This document shows, piece by piece, positions 61,569 to 64,000 of a stretch of DNA of 64,000 nt. The stretch lies in assembly GCA_001798075.1 (NCBI GenBank), contig MGRG01000012.1, positions 91,852 through 155,851 of the forward strand. The letters run 5' to 3'. The DNA comes from Deltaproteobacteria bacterium RIFCSPHIGHO2_01_FULL_43_49. GTDB taxonomy: Bacteria > UBA10199 > SPLOWO2-01-44-7. A program made the translations under genes and the position numbers. How positions within the stretch are numbered: the stretch's first letter is position 1; every line of letters begins with the position of its first letter. Under the pieces are notes generated by a model. It was not told the origin of the DNA. It did no database searches and saw nothing but the letters and a program-made list of their open reading frames with translations.

Positions 61569-63332
61569 ATGAATGCACCTTTAACGAGTTTATTTCTAAA
61601 TCCAGGCATGGTTGCCAATCTTGGTGTGCCTAACATTTTGTCGGGGTTGCCCCCAACAGTGGAACTGGGTTCGGTAGTTGAGGGTTTTGGCCAAGCCATT
61701 GAACATGCTGCTCCAAATTATTTTACTGATTGGGCGGAGTCTGCTCGACGTCTACAAGAGCTATTACAAAGAGGTGGAACTCCTGAAAAATTTCAACGCC
61801 TTCAAAGTTCTTTATCAGGCATCATTGACGAACTGGGGGAAGACGAATTGAACGCCGTTTTGGCCAAAACCGGCTGGAAACCTTCAGAACAATTTTTAAA
61901 AGATCGTTCCCCCGTGAAAATTGAGACGACGATGGCTTATGTAGATGCAACTGCAGGTGTTGTCATTCATGAACTGGCCGAACTTGTTGCTGCGGAGAGT
62001 GTCAGCCGACCAGGAAGTAAGACTGAGGCAACGTATGACTCGGCAGAGTGGATCAAGGATCGCATGACCGATTTAGGTTTTAAGGATATCATCCTGCTCG
62101 AGGCGGAGAACAGTAATCCCAGTGTTTTTGGCCAAATTGTCGTCGATCCCAAAGCACCAACTGTTCTTTTCTATGCCCATCATGATGTGAAACCCCCTGG
62201 AGGGGAGTGGAAACAGGTAGATCCTTTTAAAGCAGAAGTGCACAATGGTAGATTATTTGGAAGAGGGGCAGCCGATGACAAAGCAGGTATTATGGCTATT
62301 TTGTCTGCTGTGCAGGCGTATCAAGATGCCGGTTTAAAACTCCCTGTTAACGTCGCTGTACTGTTTGAAGGGGAAGAAGAAATCGGCTCTCCACATTTAG
62401 ATAAAATTCTTGAAGTGTTAAAAACCAGGGTTCAAGATTTTCAACCCAATGTTGTGGTGACTTGCGATTCCATGAATATGAAGGTTGGACTCCCCACTGT
62501 AATAGCAAGCACTCGTGGGATTGCCGATCTGATGGTGACCGTCCAGTCGGTAGCTCAAGGTTCCCACGCTGGTCGCAATAGTTATGCCATGGATGCTTAT
62601 CAAGCCTTCTCAGCATTGATCTATAATATGATAGGCTCTTACGGAGAACTTTATGTTTGGGGATTGACCGATTGTGCCCCCGAAATTCCAATAAGTTTTC
62701 GAAAAAGTTTAGATAAGCTTGCAGAACTTATTACATTGGATGAATTGCGTGATGCAGCTCACATGTCGCATGATGCCAATTTTTTAGTCCCCCGAGAAGA
62801 ACCGACTGTCCAAGATGTTTTGGGTCATACCTGGCGTGGTTACGCGATGAAGATTTTAGCAGTGCAAGGAGCTCAAGATATCGAAAACGCGGCTGGTATG
62901 ATTGTTCCTAAAGTTAAAACGTTAATTCAATTGCGAATTCCTCCCCGTGTTGATTCAGTCCAAGCGGCACTAATTTTAATTAAAACTTTACAAGAAAAAG
63001 CACCCAAGGGGGTACGTGTTGATATTGTTGTGGCGGGGGAAATCGTTGATCCTTGGGAGACAAAAATTGATGGCCCTGCTGCCAATGCTTTACTCAGTGC
63101 TTTAGACATGGGTTATGGAAGAGAAGCGGTCTTGGGTGGTTCGGGTGGGGGGATCGGTTTTTTAAGTATTATTGGAAAACATTTTCCAGAGGCAACCGTG
63201 TTACCGATTGGAACAGAAGATCCTCTTTCCAATGCGCACGGTCCCAACGAGAGTGTAGCCATAGAAAATGTTATAGGGACAGCCCGCTCGATTGTCGCCT
63301 TTCTTTATAATATCTCGAGGCGTTTAGGGTAG
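61569..63332 (+). CDS. M20-family metallopeptidase (dipeptidase-like) with N-terminal extension
   Basis: M20 motifs (FYAHHDVKPPG, GRGAADDKAG, FEGEEEIGS). Start taken at internal ATG; uncertain. Confidence 0.75.
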   Translation: MNAPLTSLFLNPGMVANLGVPNILSGLPPTVELGSVVEGFGQAIEHAAPNYFTDWAESARRLQELLQRGGTPEKFQRLQSSLSGIIDELGEDELNAVLAKTGWKPSEQFLKDRSPVKIETTMAYVDATAGVVIHELAELVAAESVSRPGSKTEATYDSAEWIKDRMTDLGFKDIILLEAENSNPSVFGQIVVDPKAPTVLFYAHHDVKPPGGEWKQVDPFKAEVHNGRLFGRGAADDKAGIMAILSAVQAYQDAGLKLPVNVAVLFEGEEEIGSPHLDKILEVLKTRVQDFQPNVVVTCDSMNMKVGLPTVIASTRGIADLMVTVQSVAQGSHAGRNSYAMDAYQAFSALIYNMIGSYGELYVWGLTDCAPEIPISFRKSLDKLAELITLDELRDAAHMSHDANFLVPREEPTVQDVLGHTWRGYAMKILAVQGAQDIENAAGMIVPKVKTLIQLRIPPRVDSVQAALILIKTLQEKAPKGVRVDIVVAGEIVDPWETKIDGPAANALLSALDMGYGREAVLGGSGGGIGFLSIIGKHFPEATVLPIGTEDPLSNAHGPNESVAIENVIGTARSIVAFLYNISRRLG

Positions 63333-64000
63333 GTCGGAAATAATTCGCAGCCTTTTTTGGTGACAGTAACAATATCTTCAATGCGCACGCCACCGGTTTT
63401 TCGGTAGTAAAGACCAGGTTCCACAGTGACGATTTGACCCTCTTCAAGATAAAAATCTCTCGCAGTCATTCGCACGGGCTCTTCATGAATTTCTAGCCCA
63501 ATCCCATGGCCCGTGCCGTGAATGAAACCTTGTTTCACTCCGTTGATCTCTTTTGTGGGATAACCTTGGGCTTGAAAATATTTTTGGATCGCTTGATGGA
63601 TTGTTTTGCCATTGATGCCCGCCTTAATTTTTGAAATTGCCATTTCTTGCGCAAACTTCACGGCCGCATATTGTTTTTTTAACTGAGGGGTAGCCCTCCC
63701 TTTGCAAAAAGTTCTGGTCGCATCGCCATAAAATCTCGTTTTATCGGAGCGGGGAAAAATATCGACGATGATGGCTTGATTGGGTCTCAAAGGCCCAGAG
63801 CCAACGCAGTGGGGGTCGGTTGCTTGCAAACCTCCTGCAACAATGATGTCGGTGGTACGAAACCCAAGTTCCAACAAAAAGCGATCCAATTCAAATCGCA
63901 ATCGCTCCGAACTTAAAATTTTTCCTTTCCAGTAGAGTTGACCCTTTTTGATTTGAGACTCTCTTAAGATTTTTTCTGCCAAACCAATGGCTCTAAAGAC
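63305..64000 (-). CDS. M24-family peptidase (Xaa-Pro aminopeptidase/dipeptidase-like), 5' partial at window edge
   Basis: M24 catalytic region (HGTGHGIGLEIHE, VTVEPGLY, GVRIEDIV); reading frame open to base 64000, and the track start is an internal TTG. Confidence 0.8.
   Translation of the reverse strand, partial: VFRAIGLAEKILRESQIKKGQLYWKGKILSSERLRFELDRFLLELGFRTTDIIVAGGLQATDPHCVGSGPLRPNQAIIVDIFPRSDKTRFYGDATRTFCKGRATPQLKKQYAAVKFAQEMAISKIKAGINGKTIHQAIQKYFQAQGYPTKEINGVKQGFIHGTGHGIGLEIHEEPVRMTARDFYLEEGQIVTVEPGLYYRKTGGVRIEDIVTVTKKGCELFPTYPKRLEIL

Overview
This 64-kb window looks like a compact bacterial chromosomal segment (GC roughly mid-40s % by eye, not computed) in which housekeeping genes are interleaved with accessory modules. 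The strongest candidate for an undescribed system is a four-gene, translationally coupled plus-strand operon at 46466-57145: a membrane-type protein with a RelE/ParE-like C-terminal domain, an SF2 (ResIII/DEAD-type) helicase, a 436-aa unknown and a 1,807-aa giant protein. It is followed by a convergent HepT/MNT toxin-antitoxin pair and shares a 30-bp upstream box with a GGDEF gene 4 kb away. Housekeeping content: thiolase and a 3-hydroxyacyl-CoA dehydrogenase/hydratase, coaX/coaC/coaD, ald, pstSCAB-phoU, a dNK-dNK-dgt cluster, queC, and queA-tgt-yajC-secD-secF-recJ. Other accessory features: small TA-like cassettes bounded by direct repeats that are 3' remnants of a neighbouring gene; an arsC-otsA insertion bounded by a duplicated recJ 3' end; an IS200-like Y1 transposase (RAYT) flanked by GGTACC palindromes; and several GC-rich palindromic intergenic elements, one pair showing compensatory stem changes. 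No rRNA, tRNA or CRISPR array was recognised. All calls rest on reading the supplied ORF translations and sequence; no searches or computations were run, so starts and motif coordinates are approximate.
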